Shown: positions 16,617-26,414 of the stretch, in pieces | Numbering within the stretch: the stretch's first letter is position 1 | How the letters are laid out: each line of letters begins with the position of its first letter | Assembly: GCA_035547035.1 (NCBI GenBank) | Contig: DASZVL010000039.1 | Span: 32,808 to 96,807, forward strand | Length of the DNA: 64,000 nucleotides | Origin: Mycobacteriales bacterium | GTDB lineage: Bacteria; Actinomycetota; Actinomycetes; JAFAQI01 | Reading direction: 5' to 3' | Translations under genes and position numbers: made by a program | Notes under the pieces: generated by a model | What the model saw: only the letters and a program-made list of their open reading frames with translations | The model's database searches: none | Told to the model about the DNA's origin: nothing

Positions 16617-18305
16617 TCAGACCTCCAAGACCACCGGGATGATCATCGGCCGGCGGCGGTAGGTGTCGCTGACCCACTTGCCGACCACCCGGCGCACCCG
16701 CTGCTGCAGCTCATGGCGGTCGGTGGCGCCTTCCCGCCCGGCCGCGGCGAGTGACTCCTCGACGAGCGGCAGGACGTCCTCGAAGGCGGCGGGGTCCTCG
16801 GAGAAGCCCCGAGCGAAGATCTCCGGCGGCGCGGCGACCTTGCCGGTGACCGAGTCGACCACCGCGACGATCGTCACGAAGCCGTCGCCGCCGAGGATCA
16901 GGCGGTCGCGAAGCGACTGCTCCCCCACGTCGCCGACGCCGCGGCCGTCGACGTACACGTAGCCGGCCGGGATCGCACCGACGATCGAGGCCTTGCCGTC
17001 GACCAGGTCGACGACGACGCCGTCGTCCGCCAGGACGACGTTCGGGCGCGGTACGCCGCTCGCCACCGCGAGCTCGGCGTGCGCCCGCAGGTGACGCCAC
17101 TCGCCGTGGATGGGCATGACGTTGGAGGGCCGCGTCATGTTGAGGACGTAGAGCAGCTCACCGGCAGGCGCGTGGCCGGAGACGTGCACGAGCGCCGTCT
17201 CCTTGTGCACCACGTTGGCGCCGAGTCGGTTGAGACCGTTGATGACCCGGAAGACCGCGCTCTCGTTGCCCGGGACGAGGGACGACGCGAGGACGACGGT
17301 GTCGCCGGGCTCGACCCGGACCTGCTGGTGGTCACGGTTGGCCATCCGCGACAGCGCGGACATCGGCTCGCCCTGCGAGCCGGTGGAGATGAGCACGACC
17401 TGCTCCGGTGGCAGGTCGTCGATCTCGGCGAGGTCCGCGATCAGGCCTGGCGGGATCTCGAGGTATCCAAGGTCGCGCGCGATCCCCATGTTGCGGACCA
17501 TCGAGCGGCCGATGAAGGCCACCCGACGGTGATGGACGGCGGCCGCGTCAAGCACCTGCTGCACGCGGTGAACGTGCGACGCGAAGCACGCGACGATGAT
17601 CCGCCGCGTCGCGCCGCGGAACACGTCGTCGAGCACGGGCCCGATCTCGCGCTCGGGCGTGACGAAGCCGGGAACCTCGGCGTTGGTCGAGTCACTCATC
17701 AGCAGGTCGACGCCGTCGGCGCCGAGCCGCGCCCAGCCGCCGAGATCTGTGATCCGCCCGTCGAGCGGAAGCTGGTCCATCTTGAAGTCGCCGGTGTGCA
17801 GCACCGTGCCGGCCGGCGTACGGATCGACAGCCCGAGCGCATCTGGGATCGAGTGGTTGACGGCGAAGAACTCGCACTCGAAGGGGCCGAGCCGCTCGAT
17901 CACGCCTTCGCGCACCTCGAGGGTGAGCGGGTCGATGCGGTGCTCGCGCAGCTTGCCCTCGACCAGCGCGAGGGTCAGCCGCGAGCCGATCAGCGGGACA
18001 TCCGGCTTCTCCCGCAGCAGGTACGGAACCGCGCCGATGTGGTCCTCGTGCCCGTGGGTCAGCACGACCGCGTCGAGGTCGTCCCAGCGGTCTCGAAGAT
18101 AGGTAAAGTCCGGAAGGATCAGGTCGACACCAGGTTGCTCGGTCTCCGGGAACAGCACGCCGCAGTCGACGACGAGCAGTCGGCCGGCGTGCTCGAAGAC
18201 GGTCATGTTGCGGCCGATCTCGCCGATGCCACCCAGGGCGACGATCCGCAAGCCATGCGCAGGCAGCGCCGGCGGCGCGCCGAGATCCGGGTGCGGGTGA
18301 CTCAC
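16617..18305 (-). CDS. rnj: Ribonuclease J
   Basis: Trimmed from track ORF 16617..18563 to the GTG at 18305 (VSHPHPDLG...). Metallo-beta-lactamase motif HGHEDHIG, beta-CASP and C-terminal domains. The GTG shares one base with the dapA TAG. Confidence 0.92.
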   Translation of the reverse strand: MSHPHPDLGAPPALPAHGLRIVALGGIGEIGRNMTVFEHAGRLLVVDCGVLFPETEQPGVDLILPDFTYLRDRWDDLDAVVLTHGHEDHIGAVPYLLREKPDVPLIGSRLTLALVEGKLREHRIDPLTLEVREGVIERLGPFECEFFAVNHSIPDALGLSIRTPAGTVLHTGDFKMDQLPLDGRITDLGGWARLGADGVDLLMSDSTNAEVPGFVTPEREIGPVLDDVFRGATRRIIVACFASHVHRVQQVLDAAAVHHRRVAFIGRSMVRNMGIARDLGYLEIPPGLIADLAEIDDLPPEQVVLISTGSQGEPMSALSRMANRDHQQVRVEPGDTVVLASSLVPGNESAVFRVINGLNRLGANVVHKETALVHVSGHAPAGELLYVLNMTRPSNVMPIHGEWRHLRAHAELAVASGVPRPNVVLADDGVVVDLVDGKASIVGAIPAGYVYVDGRGVGDVGEQSLRDRLILGGDGFVTIVAVVDSVTGKVAAPPEIFARGFSEDPAAFEDVLPLVEESLAAAGREGATDRHELQQRVRRVVGKWVSDTYRRRPMIIPVVLEV

Positions 18306-19192
18306 TAGACGGACAGGCCGGCGGCGCGGAGGTCCTCGCGCAGCAGCTCGACCTGCTCGACGGTGGCATCGAGCAGCGGCGGTCGCGTCCTGCGGCTCGG
18401 GATCGTCCCGAGCAGCTCCAGCGCCGCCTTCGCCATGATCGCCCCTTGGGTCCGCGTCATGATCCCCATGATCGCGGGCCACATCGACGCGTTGATGCGA
18501 CGGGCCTCCGCGAGGTCGCCCCGCTCGACCGCGTCGCACAGCTCGACCATCCGTGGCGAGCACGCGTGCGACGCGACGCTGACCATTCCGACCGCACCGA
18601 CGGCCATCAGCGGAAGGTTCAGGACGTCGTCACCGGAGTAGTAGGCGAGGTCACTGCGCGCGATCACGTCGGTGCTTGCCGGCAGGTCGCCCTTCGCGTC
18701 CTTCATCGCGACGATGCGCGGATGCTCGGCGAGCCGCAAGATCGTGTCGGTGTGCAGCGGGACGCCGCTGCGGCCGGGAATGTCGTAGAGCATCGCGGGC
18801 AGCCCGGTCGCGTCTGCGGCCGCGAGGAAGTGCGCGACCAAGCCCTCCTGCGGCGGCTTGGAGTAGTACGGCGTGACCAGCAGCACGCCGTGCGCCCCGG
18901 CCTTCTCGGCGTGCTTGGCCAGCTCGATCGTGTGCGCCGTGTCGTTGGTGCCGACGCCGGCGATGACGTGCGCGCGGCTTCCCACAGCGTCGACGACGGC
19001 CCGGAGCAACCGGTCCTTCTCTTCGTCGGTCGTGGTCGGCGACTCACCCGTCGTGCCGCTGATGACGAGGCCGTCGTTGCCGTCGTCGACCAGCGCGCTG
19101 GCCAGTGCGGCGGCAGCGCCGGTGTCGAGGGCGCCGTCGGCGGTGAACGGCGTCACCATCGCGGTCAGCACCCGCCCGAACGGCCCACTCAT
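18305..19192 (-). CDS. dapA: 4-hydroxy-tetrahydrodipicolinate synthase
   Basis: Trimmed to [16 protein letters not shown]... Contains GTTGESPTT and YNIP-like YDIPGRSG motifs. Its ATG overlaps the folA TGA (ATGA at 19189-19192). Confidence 0.95.
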   Translation of the reverse strand: MSGPFGRVLTAMVTPFTADGALDTGAAAALASALVDDGNDGLVISGTTGESPTTTDEEKDRLLRAVVDAVGSRAHVIAGVGTNDTAHTIELAKHAEKAGAHGVLLVTPYYSKPPQEGLVAHFLAAADATGLPAMLYDIPGRSGVPLHTDTILRLAEHPRIVAMKDAKGDLPASTDVIARSDLAYYSGDDVLNLPLMAVGAVGMVSVASHACSPRMVELCDAVERGDLAEARRINASMWPAIMGIMTRTQGAIMAKAALELLGTIPSRRTRPPLLDATVEQVELLREDLRAAGLSV

Positions 19193-19689
19193 GGTGTCGA
19201 CGGTATCGCGGCGGCCCGGTCGAAGGTCGTGAGTTTGTAGCGAAGGCCCGTCGTCGAGGTGAGCCATTGGCCGAGGCTGCTCGGGCGCCAGCCGGCGTCG
19301 AGGTCGGGCGCGAACACGTCGCCTGCGCAAGCCAGGTCCACGTAGGTGACCTCGAGGCGATCGGCGTGCGGCAGTGCCGCGGCGTAGAGCGCCGCGCCGC
19401 CGATCACCCAGAGATCCCCCTCGACGACGTCGATCGCAGCCTGGATCGATCCGACGCGCTCGGCGCCTCCGGCCGACCAGCTCGCGTCAGACGTCAGGAC
19501 CAGGTTGCGACGCCCGGGCAGCGGCCGCACCGAAGCCGGCAGCGACTCCCAGGTCAGGCGCCCCATCAGCACAGTCGCGCCGAGGGTCAGCTGTTTGAAC
19601 CGAGCCTGGTCCTCGGGAAGGCGCCACGGAATGCCGCCCGCGTTGCCGATGACTCCCCCATCGGCCTGTGCCCAGATGATGCCGATCAA
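19189..19689 (-). CDS. folA: Dihydrofolate reductase
   Basis: Trimmed from track ORF 19189..20082 to the TTG at 19689 ([35 protein letters not shown]..., the classic DHFR N-terminus). The TTG overlaps the thyA TGA (TTGA). Confidence 0.9.
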   Translation of the reverse strand: MIGIIWAQADGGVIGNAGGIPWRLPEDQARFKQLTLGATVLMGRLTWESLPASVRPLPGRRNLVLTSDASWSAGGAERVGSIQAAIDVVEGDLWVIGGAALYAAALPHADRLEVTYVDLACAGDVFAPDLDAGWRPSSLGQWLTSTTGLRYKLTTFDRAAAIPSTP

Positions 19690-20489
19690 ACGGCGACGGG
19701 AGCCGGCAACGCGGGATGGTGCTCGTAGCCGACCACCGTGAAGTCCTCGAAGACGTAGTCGAACAGCGAGTCGGCGCGGCGTACGTCGAGGGTGGGGAAC
19801 GGCAGCGGCGTACGGGACAGCTGCTCGTTCACCTGCTCGTGATGGTTGTCGTAGATGTGGCAGTCGCCACCGGTCCAGACGAGGTCTCCGACGTCGAGGC
19901 CGGTTTGCTGCGCGACCAGGTGCACCAGCAGCGCATAGCTTGCGATGTTGAACGGCACACCCAGGAACAGGTCCGCGCTTCGCTGATAGACCTGGCACGA
20001 GAGCCGGCCGTCGGCGACGTAGAACTGGAACATCGAGTGGCAAGGCGGCAACGCCATGTCCGGGATGGCGCTCACGTTCCATGCCGAGACCACCATCCGG
20101 CGCGAGTCCGGGTCACGTTGCAACGTCTCGAGCACCTGGCTGATCTGGTCGATCGCACCGCCGTCGGGCGTCGGCCACGAGCGCCACTGCACGCCGTAGA
20201 CGGGACCGAGGTCACCGCTGTCGTCGGCCCACTCGTCCCAGATCGTGACGCCCTGGTCCTGCAGCCACTTCACGTTTCCCTCGCCGCGAAGGAACCACAG
20301 CAGCTCGATCGCCACGGACCGGAAGTGGACCCGCTTCGTGGTGATCAGCGGGAAGCCGTCGGCGAGCCGGTAGCGGAGCTGGTGACCGAAGAGGCTCGTC
20401 GTCCCGGTGCCGGTGCGGTCCGCCTTGTGGGTGCCGCCGGCGAGCACCTGGCGCAGCAGGTCCTCGTACTGGGAGTCGGGCTGCCGCAC
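19686..20489 (-). CDS. thyA: Thymidylate synthase (ThyA)
   Basis: 267 aa. ...[17 protein letters not shown]..., active-site PPCH ([13 protein letters not shown]), ...[16 protein letters not shown]... Confidence 0.98.
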   Translation of the reverse strand: MRQPDSQYEDLLRQVLAGGTHKADRTGTGTTSLFGHQLRYRLADGFPLITTKRVHFRSVAIELLWFLRGEGNVKWLQDQGVTIWDEWADDSGDLGPVYGVQWRSWPTPDGGAIDQISQVLETLQRDPDSRRMVVSAWNVSAIPDMALPPCHSMFQFYVADGRLSCQVYQRSADLFLGVPFNIASYALLVHLVAQQTGLDVGDLVWTGGDCHIYDNHHEQVNEQLSRTPLPFPTLDVRRADSLFDYVFEDFTVVGYEHHPALPAPVAV

Positions 20490-20532
20490 CCCCTGACGTT
20501 ACCTCCCGGCTCGTTCGGGAACGACCAACGAC

Positions 20533-21135
20533 ATGAACACGGGACGGCTAATTGCACGCGGGGTCATCGGTGGGCTGTTCGTCGGTCACGGTCTGCAGAA
20601 GCTGACCGGCCAGTTCGACGGTCCGGGCATCGAGGGCACCAAGGGAATGATGGACTCACTCGAGATGCGCCCCGCCACGGCACATGCCTATGCGGCCGGC
20701 GTCACGGAGACCGCGGGCGGCGCTCTGCTCGCGCTCGGCGCTGCCACACCGTTGGCCGCGTCCTCGCTGATCGGCGTCATGATCACCGCGATCCGCAAGG
20801 TGCACGCGAAGAACGGTCCGTGGAACTCCCAGCAGGGCTACGAGTACAACCTCGTCCTGATCGCCGCGCTGATGGCGATCGTCGACGGCGGGCCGGGACC
20901 GGTGTCGATCGACAAGCTCCGCGGGAAGGCGGCCCACGGATTCCCGGCGATGCTAGGCGCGCTCGGTCTTGGCGCGGCCGCCTCGACCATCGCGATCGAG
21001 CTCGGCCGGCGCGGGCGGCCACGGCAGATCGACCTCACGCATCACGAGTCGGAGCAGCCGCAGGAACACCAGCAGGCGATGCCGACCGAGGCGGCGTCGC
21101 CGCCACCGATGCCGCCGACTCCCCCTGCGACCTGA
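20533..21135 (+). CDS. DoxX family membrane protein with Pro/Glu-rich C-terminal tail
   Basis: ...RGVIGGLFVGHGLQKL...GGALLALG...: four predicted TM helices in the DoxX pattern. Confidence 0.75.
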   Translation: MNTGRLIARGVIGGLFVGHGLQKLTGQFDGPGIEGTKGMMDSLEMRPATAHAYAAGVTETAGGALLALGAATPLAASSLIGVMITAIRKVHAKNGPWNSQQGYEYNLVLIAALMAIVDGGPGPVSIDKLRGKAAHGFPAMLGALGLGAAASTIAIELGRRGRPRQIDLTHHESEQPQEHQQAMPTEAASPPPMPPTPPAT

Positions 21136-21181
21136 CCCTTCTCGCTACGGCACGTCGTACTCGGGGCACGCCGTGCTCGCG

Positions 21182-21526
21182 CTACGCCCAGCCCAGCTCG
21201 TGCAGCCGCTTGTCGTCGATCCCGAAGTGATGCGCGACTTCGTGCACGACGGTGACCCGAACCTGGTGCACGACATCCGCCGGCGTGCGGCAGCGGCGAA
21301 GGATCGGCAGGCGGTAGATGGTGATCTGGTCCGGCAGCACCCCGCCGTACGCCGTCGTCCGCGAAGTGAGCGGGACGCCGCGGTAGAGGCCGAGGAGGTT
21401 GGGCGAGGCGCCCTCGTCCTCAACCGCGATCGCAACGTTGCGCATCTGCCGCCGGAGCTCAGTCGGGATCCCGTCGAGCGCGGCTTCCACCAGCTCGCCG
21501 AAGGCATCCGGGTCGATGTCGATCAC
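21182..21526 (-). CDS. Small zincin-like metallopeptidase family protein (DUF1025/SprT-like minimal HExxH protein)
   Basis: 114 aa with VVHEVAHHFG (HExxH). GTG start overlaps the upstream TGA (GTGA at 21523-21526). Confidence 0.7.
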   Translation of the reverse strand: MIDIDPDAFGELVEAALDGIPTELRRQMRNVAIAVEDEGASPNLLGLYRGVPLTSRTTAYGGVLPDQITIYRLPILRRCRTPADVVHQVRVTVVHEVAHHFGIDDKRLHELGWA

Positions 21527-21909
21527 AAGTCGGGGAACTCCACGGGGACGGTCGCGACGGCTCGCGCTTCCTCGAGCACGGGCGCGGTCACGACGAGAGC
21601 CTGGTCGTCTCCTTCGTAGCGCACCTCAGGCTCGCGCGCCTGACCAGTACGGCTTGCGGCGCTCGCGAGCACCATCTCCCGCCAGGCGCCGACGATGACG
21701 ACATCCGGCTGTGGGTGCTGGGTGAGACCGAAGCGGACAGTGTCGTCGAAGGCCACCGTCCAGTGCACGTCTTGACCACCGGGACCGTCGGAGAGCCGAT
21801 AGGCGATGACGTACGGCCGCGGCAGCCGACGGCACGCAGCGCGCACGCCGGTCGCGTCGACCAGCAGGGCGTTCATTGCCTCGACGTGCTCGGCCGACAT
21901 GAACTCCAC
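21523..21909 (-). CDS. Hypothetical protein (possibly SCP2-like fold)
   Basis: 128-aa ORF with good GC3 codon bias, starting 1 nt after the S9 peptidase stop. No motif I can assign with certainty; length and pattern are reminiscent of SCP2/sterol-carrier-like domains. Confidence 0.5.
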   Translation of the reverse strand: MEFMSAEHVEAMNALLVDATGVRAACRRLPRPYVIAYRLSDGPGGQDVHWTVAFDDTVRFGLTQHPQPDVVIVGAWREMVLASAASRTGQAREPEVRYEGDDQALVVTAPVLEEARAVATVPVEFPDL

Positions 21910-21910
21910 G

Positions 21911-24154
21911 TCAGGACCCGCTGCCGGGCTGCAGGTGACGCAGGAACCAGTCCGTCTTCAGCCGCAGGTTGTAGCGACCGCTTGCGCCGAGGTAGCCGTG
22001 GCTTGCGTTGGGATACACCATCTCGTCGTGCTGGATGCCGGCTCGGACCAGCGCCTCCGACATGCGGAAGAAGTCACCGGCTGTGCCCGTGTCGTTCAGC
22101 GCGCCGGTCTGCAGGAGCTTGCCCTGCAGCATCGGCGCGAGCCGGATCGCATCGGCGGCGTCGTACAGATCCTTGTTGTCCGACGGCATGCCCAGGTAGG
22201 GCTCGTACAACGTGAAGGTGCGGGAGTCGTAGCCGGGAACCTCGGCGATGCCGAACTTGTAGACGTCAGGCGCCTGCACGAGCGCGCGGAACGTGTAGTG
22301 CCCGCCCCATGAGCCGCCCGTGATCGCGACGCGCTCGACGTCGATGAAGGACTCGCGCTCGGCGAGCTGGCGGATGGCCCCCGCATGGTCGGCGATCTCG
22401 AAGCTGCCCCAGTTGCGATAGATGGTGTCGTGAAACGCCTTCGAACGACCAGGTGTTCCGCGTCCGTCCATCGTCAGGACGATGAACCCTTGCTGCGCGA
22501 GCGCTCGTGGATAGTTGATGATGTCGGCCGCATCCGGCGGGATGAGCGCGGCGCCGAAGTCCATGACGCGGTTGATCGTCTGAGGCCCGCCGTAGATGTG
22601 CTCCACGACCGGATACTTCTTCGCCGGGTCGAAGTCGTAGGGAAAGTGCAGCGTGACCCACAGGTCGGTCTCGCCGTCCGCCGCCTTGACGACGTACTCC
22701 TTCGACGGCACGAATCCGACCTGCTCCAGCCGGCTGATGTCGGCCTCGGCGAGAGTCTGCAGCAGCTGCCCGTCAGCCGACCGCAGCACAGTTCGCGGCG
22801 CCGTGCCGACACTGGAGAAGGTGTCGAGGAAGAAGTCGCCGGTGGGCGCGAACGCGATCTCGTGCCGCCCATTGCCCTCGGTCAGCTGCTGGTGCTCTCC
22901 GCCGTCGAACGCAACCCGGTACAGATGGTTGTCGTAGGGCCGGTCGGCGTCGCCGTGCGCCTGGAAGTACACCCAGCCGTTGAGCTGGTCGATGTGGGTC
23001 ACTCCGATGACCGGGAGCTGCCCTTGGGTGAGCTGCGCGACGAGCGCGCCGTCGATGTCGTAGTGGTAGAGGTGCGCCCATCCGTCACGCTCGGAACGCC
23101 AGAGGAAGCCGGAGCCGTCGGGCAGCATCCAGAAGCCGGTGTCCACGCCCCACAACGCGAAGTGGTGGTTGGTCAGCCACGTGGCGGACCTCTCGATCAT
23201 CACAGTGCGCGGTTCGCCGGTCTTCGCGTCGACGGCCAGGATCTCCACGCGGGAGAACAACCGGTCGTATCGCGCGACGAGCACCTCGCTGCTGTCCGGT
23301 CGCCAGCCGAGTACGACGAGGTACTGGTCGGTGGTGTCGCCGAGGTCGACGTGCAGCGGTGCGCGGCCGTTGATGTCGACCAGGTACAGCTCGTTGCGAT
23401 TGATCACGCCACCGGCCGGAAGCGTCAGCACCTCTTCAACCTGTGGCAGCCGCTTCAGCCAGTGAATCGTCGGGATCCGCGCCATGCCCGAGGTGTCGGT
23501 CTTGAAGACGGCAAGTCGCTGACTGTCCGGTGACCACGCCGACCACTTCACCGGCTCGACGTCCCAGAAGCACTCGTCGGTGCCGTCGGTCGTCAACATC
23601 ACGGTCTTGCCGTCGATCGTGGCGCGCACGGCGACGTTGTTGTGCTGCGTCGATGCGAACCACTGACCGTCTGGAGACGGACGCTCCGGCAGCTTCATCG
23701 CACCGAGACCGCTGAACAGCTCGTGAGCGACCATCGCCGGCATCGCACGGCCCGCCTCGCTGACCAGGGTCGTCGACAGCTCCAGGCTGGCCGGCGCGGG
23801 CTGACGAACCGCAGAGTAGGAGTCGAGGTCGAACAGCCACATGTCCACGCCGAGGTTGAACATCAGATGCTGCGGCGAGACGAACTGCACCCATTCGAAG
23901 GGAACGCCCGCCCCGGCGGGCTCCTCACCGAGCGCCACCGACAGCGACTTGCGCAGGCGCTCCACGTCGAACAGCGGCTCACGAGTGTTCGCGACCGGGT
24001 CTACGACCCACATCGTCCGGTCGTTCGCGCCGCCTTCGGCGTACCAGAACGACGGCCCGGCCACGATCCAGCCCGGCGTCACCCGCCAGCCGCGGATGAG
24101 GTCGCCGTACCGGAGGTAGGCCTGGTAGACGGAGTCCCGTGCTTCGTTCGTCAT
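21911..24154 (-). CDS. S9 family serine peptidase (DPP-IV-like beta-propeller plus prolyl-oligopeptidase catalytic domain)
   Basis: Nucleophile motif GGSWGGHYT, a C-terminal Asp/His region, and a long N-terminal propeller (WSPDSQRLAV...). Start moved to the ATG at 24154 (MTNEARD...), which forms an ATGA overlap with the upstream SBP stop. The track start 24196 would overlap by 46 nt. Confidence 0.85.
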   Translation of the reverse strand: MTNEARDSVYQAYLRYGDLIRGWRVTPGWIVAGPSFWYAEGGANDRTMWVVDPVANTREPLFDVERLRKSLSVALGEEPAGAGVPFEWVQFVSPQHLMFNLGVDMWLFDLDSYSAVRQPAPASLELSTTLVSEAGRAMPAMVAHELFSGLGAMKLPERPSPDGQWFASTQHNNVAVRATIDGKTVMLTTDGTDECFWDVEPVKWSAWSPDSQRLAVFKTDTSGMARIPTIHWLKRLPQVEEVLTLPAGGVINRNELYLVDINGRAPLHVDLGDTTDQYLVVLGWRPDSSEVLVARYDRLFSRVEILAVDAKTGEPRTVMIERSATWLTNHHFALWGVDTGFWMLPDGSGFLWRSERDGWAHLYHYDIDGALVAQLTQGQLPVIGVTHIDQLNGWVYFQAHGDADRPYDNHLYRVAFDGGEHQQLTEGNGRHEIAFAPTGDFFLDTFSSVGTAPRTVLRSADGQLLQTLAEADISRLEQVGFVPSKEYVVKAADGETDLWVTLHFPYDFDPAKKYPVVEHIYGGPQTINRVMDFGAALIPPDAADIINYPRALAQQGFIVLTMDGRGTPGRSKAFHDTIYRNWGSFEIADHAGAIRQLAERESFIDVERVAITGGSWGGHYTFRALVQAPDVYKFGIAEVPGYDSRTFTLYEPYLGMPSDNKDLYDAADAIRLAPMLQGKLLQTGALNDTGTAGDFFRMSEALVRAGIQHDEMVYPNASHGYLGASGRYNLRLKTDWFLRHLQPGSGS

Positions 24155-25713
24155 GGCGCCTTTCGCAATGGAGTGACGTAGCTGTAGCAATGACATGAGT
24201 CGCGGTAGGCGAACAGGCGATACTCCTGCGCACCGTCATGCAGCCGGCCCGGCGCAAAGCCGCTTTGGAACGTGCTCGCCGCATCGAACTTGTGAAGCGA
24301 CTCAGCGCCTTCGCGGAATCCGGTGACGCTCAGGTTCGGTGCGGCAGCGAGTGCGTCGCGAAGAAAGAACAGCGTGTCGCAGTACCAGAGCCCGACCAGC
24401 GCAGTCGCGCGCGACGCTGTGTTCTGGCCGGCCTTTCGCAGCAGCTGAAGGCAAAGTTTCGCGCGCGGGCTCGGCGGCCCCGGATCGTGAGCGGCGTCGA
24501 CGTCGTTGTACGGCTGCCATCCCAGGCCCATCGAGCCTTCGAGCTGCTGTTTGGGCGCGTTGCCCTCGAGAACCGCCGCGGGGCTGTCGCGCGACTGCAG
24601 CCCGTAGCGCGGGAAGTAGCCCTGTGTCTGTGCCGCCTCCATGAACAGCAAGGGACTCGCGAAGGTGGACAGCACGTGTGTGATCCCTTCGGCCTTGAAC
24701 TTCAGAACCGCACTCGACTCCTGCGCGGCGAACTGGCTCGCGTTTGCGGACAGGGCGATCGAGTCGGTGAGGCTCAACCCACGACGAGCCAGCGCCGGCT
24801 TCACTCCTTGGTTCATCACGGCCAGGTCGCTAGGCGAGTCGTTCCTGAGCAGACCGATCTTCACCGGCAGGGGTCCCGGATGGCCCGTGACCGAGTTCCA
24901 GCCCGTGAAGAATCCTGCGGAGCCGAGCGCGCCGACGTTGTCGGCCATGGCGCGAGTCATGTTGATCTCGACCGGCATGTAGAAGTAGTCGGCATCGGCA
25001 GCGAAGAACTGCTGGTCGAAGGCCTCCCCGGCAACGCTGGAGATCGCGCCCGCCTTGCGGAGACAGTCGTAGAACAGCGTGTCGTTCCATCCCACCGCGC
25101 TGGCCACCGCGTAGATGTGGTGGTCTTGGGTGAGCGAGGTGCACGCCGCTTGCTCTTCAGCGGGATGGTTCGTCGTGGACCGACCGACGTTGAGGTCGTA
25201 GAAGACCGGCACGACCTTTCGCCCGGCCATCCCGCCGTGTCGGTTGATGTAGTTGACGATCGCGAGGGCTTCGTCGTGTCCGCTGCCCACCGCGACGTTG
25301 AAGCCGAGGTTCGTCGCCGTCTTGTCGAAGCCGTCCGCGGTGACGATCCCGATGTTGATGGTCTTCGCCGTGACGCCGACGATCGGGCCGGTAGCCGACG
25401 CGGTCGAAGCCTGCGTCGGTGTCAGGGACTGAACAGGCTGCGACGACGTCGTTCCGCTCGCCGGCCGGGTGCCGCGAGTGCTGGTCGGCGTGGCCGATCC
25501 CGGTACGGCGGATGGCAGCCCGGACGCGATGGTCGACGGGGCCGTTGGACTGGGCACGGAAAGGCCGTCCGACGTACCACCGGCGAGCGCCGCGCCGGTG
25601 CCGTTCGGCGGCAGCTGGACAGTCGTCCCGCAGCCCGCCAACGCCAAGGCCGCCGCCGCCACGGTTGCCAGCCCGGTCGCGCGGCGCCCGACGTGCGACC
25701 GGTATCTCTCCAC
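24151..25713 (-). CDS. Solute-binding lipoprotein, type-1 periplasmic-binding fold (LivK/branched-chain amino-acid-like) with a long Ser/Thr/Pro linker
   Basis: Start chosen at the GTG at 25713 (VERYRSHVGRRATGLATVAAAALALAGCG: signal peptide plus lipobox LAGC). About 100 aa of low-complexity S/T/P linker, then ...INIGIVTADGFDKTATNLGF...IVNYINRHGGMAGRKV... No permease or ATPase genes are adjacent. Confidence 0.75.
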   Translation of the reverse strand: MERYRSHVGRRATGLATVAAAALALAGCGTTVQLPPNGTGAALAGGTSDGLSVPSPTAPSTIASGLPSAVPGSATPTSTRGTRPASGTTSSQPVQSLTPTQASTASATGPIVGVTAKTINIGIVTADGFDKTATNLGFNVAVGSGHDEALAIVNYINRHGGMAGRKVVPVFYDLNVGRSTTNHPAEEQAACTSLTQDHHIYAVASAVGWNDTLFYDCLRKAGAISSVAGEAFDQQFFAADADYFYMPVEINMTRAMADNVGALGSAGFFTGWNSVTGHPGPLPVKIGLLRNDSPSDLAVMNQGVKPALARRGLSLTDSIALSANASQFAAQESSAVLKFKAEGITHVLSTFASPLLFMEAAQTQGYFPRYGLQSRDSPAAVLEGNAPKQQLEGSMGLGWQPYNDVDAAHDPGPPSPRAKLCLQLLRKAGQNTASRATALVGLWYCDTLFFLRDALAAAPNLSVTGFREGAESLHKFDAASTFQSGFAPGRLHDGAQEYRLFAYRDSCHCYSYVTPLRKAP

Positions 25714-25728
25714 GATGGGGAGTATTGT

Positions 25729-25761
25729 GCCCACCGTAGCGCTATGCAAGGGAGGGTGGGC
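25729..25761. promoter_or_regulatory. Candidate operator region in the divergent SBP/TetR intergenic spacer
   Basis: GCCCACC-N19-GGTGGGC inverted repeat, with the perfect 8-bp palindrome TAGCGCTA (25737-25744) inside it. Confidence 0.25.
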
Positions 25762-25763
25762 TC

Positions 25764-26414
25764 GTGGCGGATCCGGCGGCGGCCCGACGGCGTCCTGGCC
25801 CAGCACGCTCACTGAGTCGTGAGCAGGTCGTCGCCGCGGGCCTCGAGATCATGGCGCGCGAGGGCCTGAAGGGAGTCCACTTCCGGGCGATCGGCATGCG
25901 GCTCGGCGTGGACCACAAAGCGCTCTACACGTACGTCGCCGACAAGGACGATCTCCTCACGGGCATGTTCGACGCGACGTTGTCCGCGCTGGAGCTCCCG
26001 CAGCGCGAGGACCCGCGGCCACCCGCGGACCAGCTGGTGGCTCTGCTCGTCTCGTTGCGCAAGGCCTTCATGGCCAACGTGGATCTGTTGCATCTGGTCG
26101 CGAGCAAAGTCACGTTCAGCACCGAGCGCGCCGCCGAGGGGGTCTGGTCGGCCCTGCTCGCGATCGTCCCCGACCTGGATCGCGCGGCCGAGCTCTACAC
26201 GAACCTGGTGCAGCTCACCATCGGCAGCGCGGTCGAGACCGCGCGCTACCGGGTCGCCGAACCGGTCCGTACCAGCGCACTCGCTGCACTCGACCCGCAC
26301 ACCCAGGCGCGGCTCACCGCCTACGCCCGCGCGATGACGAACATCGATCGCGACAAGCTCTTCGAGTCCACGCTTCGCGCAGCCCTCCACGCCGCCGCCG
26401 AAAGCTCGAAGTAG
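25764..26414 (+). CDS. TetR/AcrR family transcriptional regulator
   Basis: GTG start preceded by AGGGAGGG. HTH ...GLKGVHFRAIGMRLGVDHKALYTYVADKDDLL... Confidence 0.85.
   Translation: MADPAAARRRPGPARSLSREQVVAAGLEIMAREGLKGVHFRAIGMRLGVDHKALYTYVADKDDLLTGMFDATLSALELPQREDPRPPADQLVALLVSLRKAFMANVDLLHLVASKVTFSTERAAEGVWSALLAIVPDLDRAAELYTNLVQLTIGSAVETARYRVAEPVRTSALAALDPHTQARLTAYARAMTNIDRDKLFESTLRAALHAAAESSK

Noticed and set aside
16617-18563. N-terminally over-extended track ORFs: rnj 16617..18563, rlmN 52719..54371, SBP 45998..47821, comM 61373..63028, xerC 59194..60282, folA 19189..20082, dapA 18305..19330, CPBP 526..1854.
   Set aside because: The extensions are Arg-rich junk running through the upstream gene. 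Conserved N-termini, signal peptides or start/stop overlaps place the real starts further downstream.
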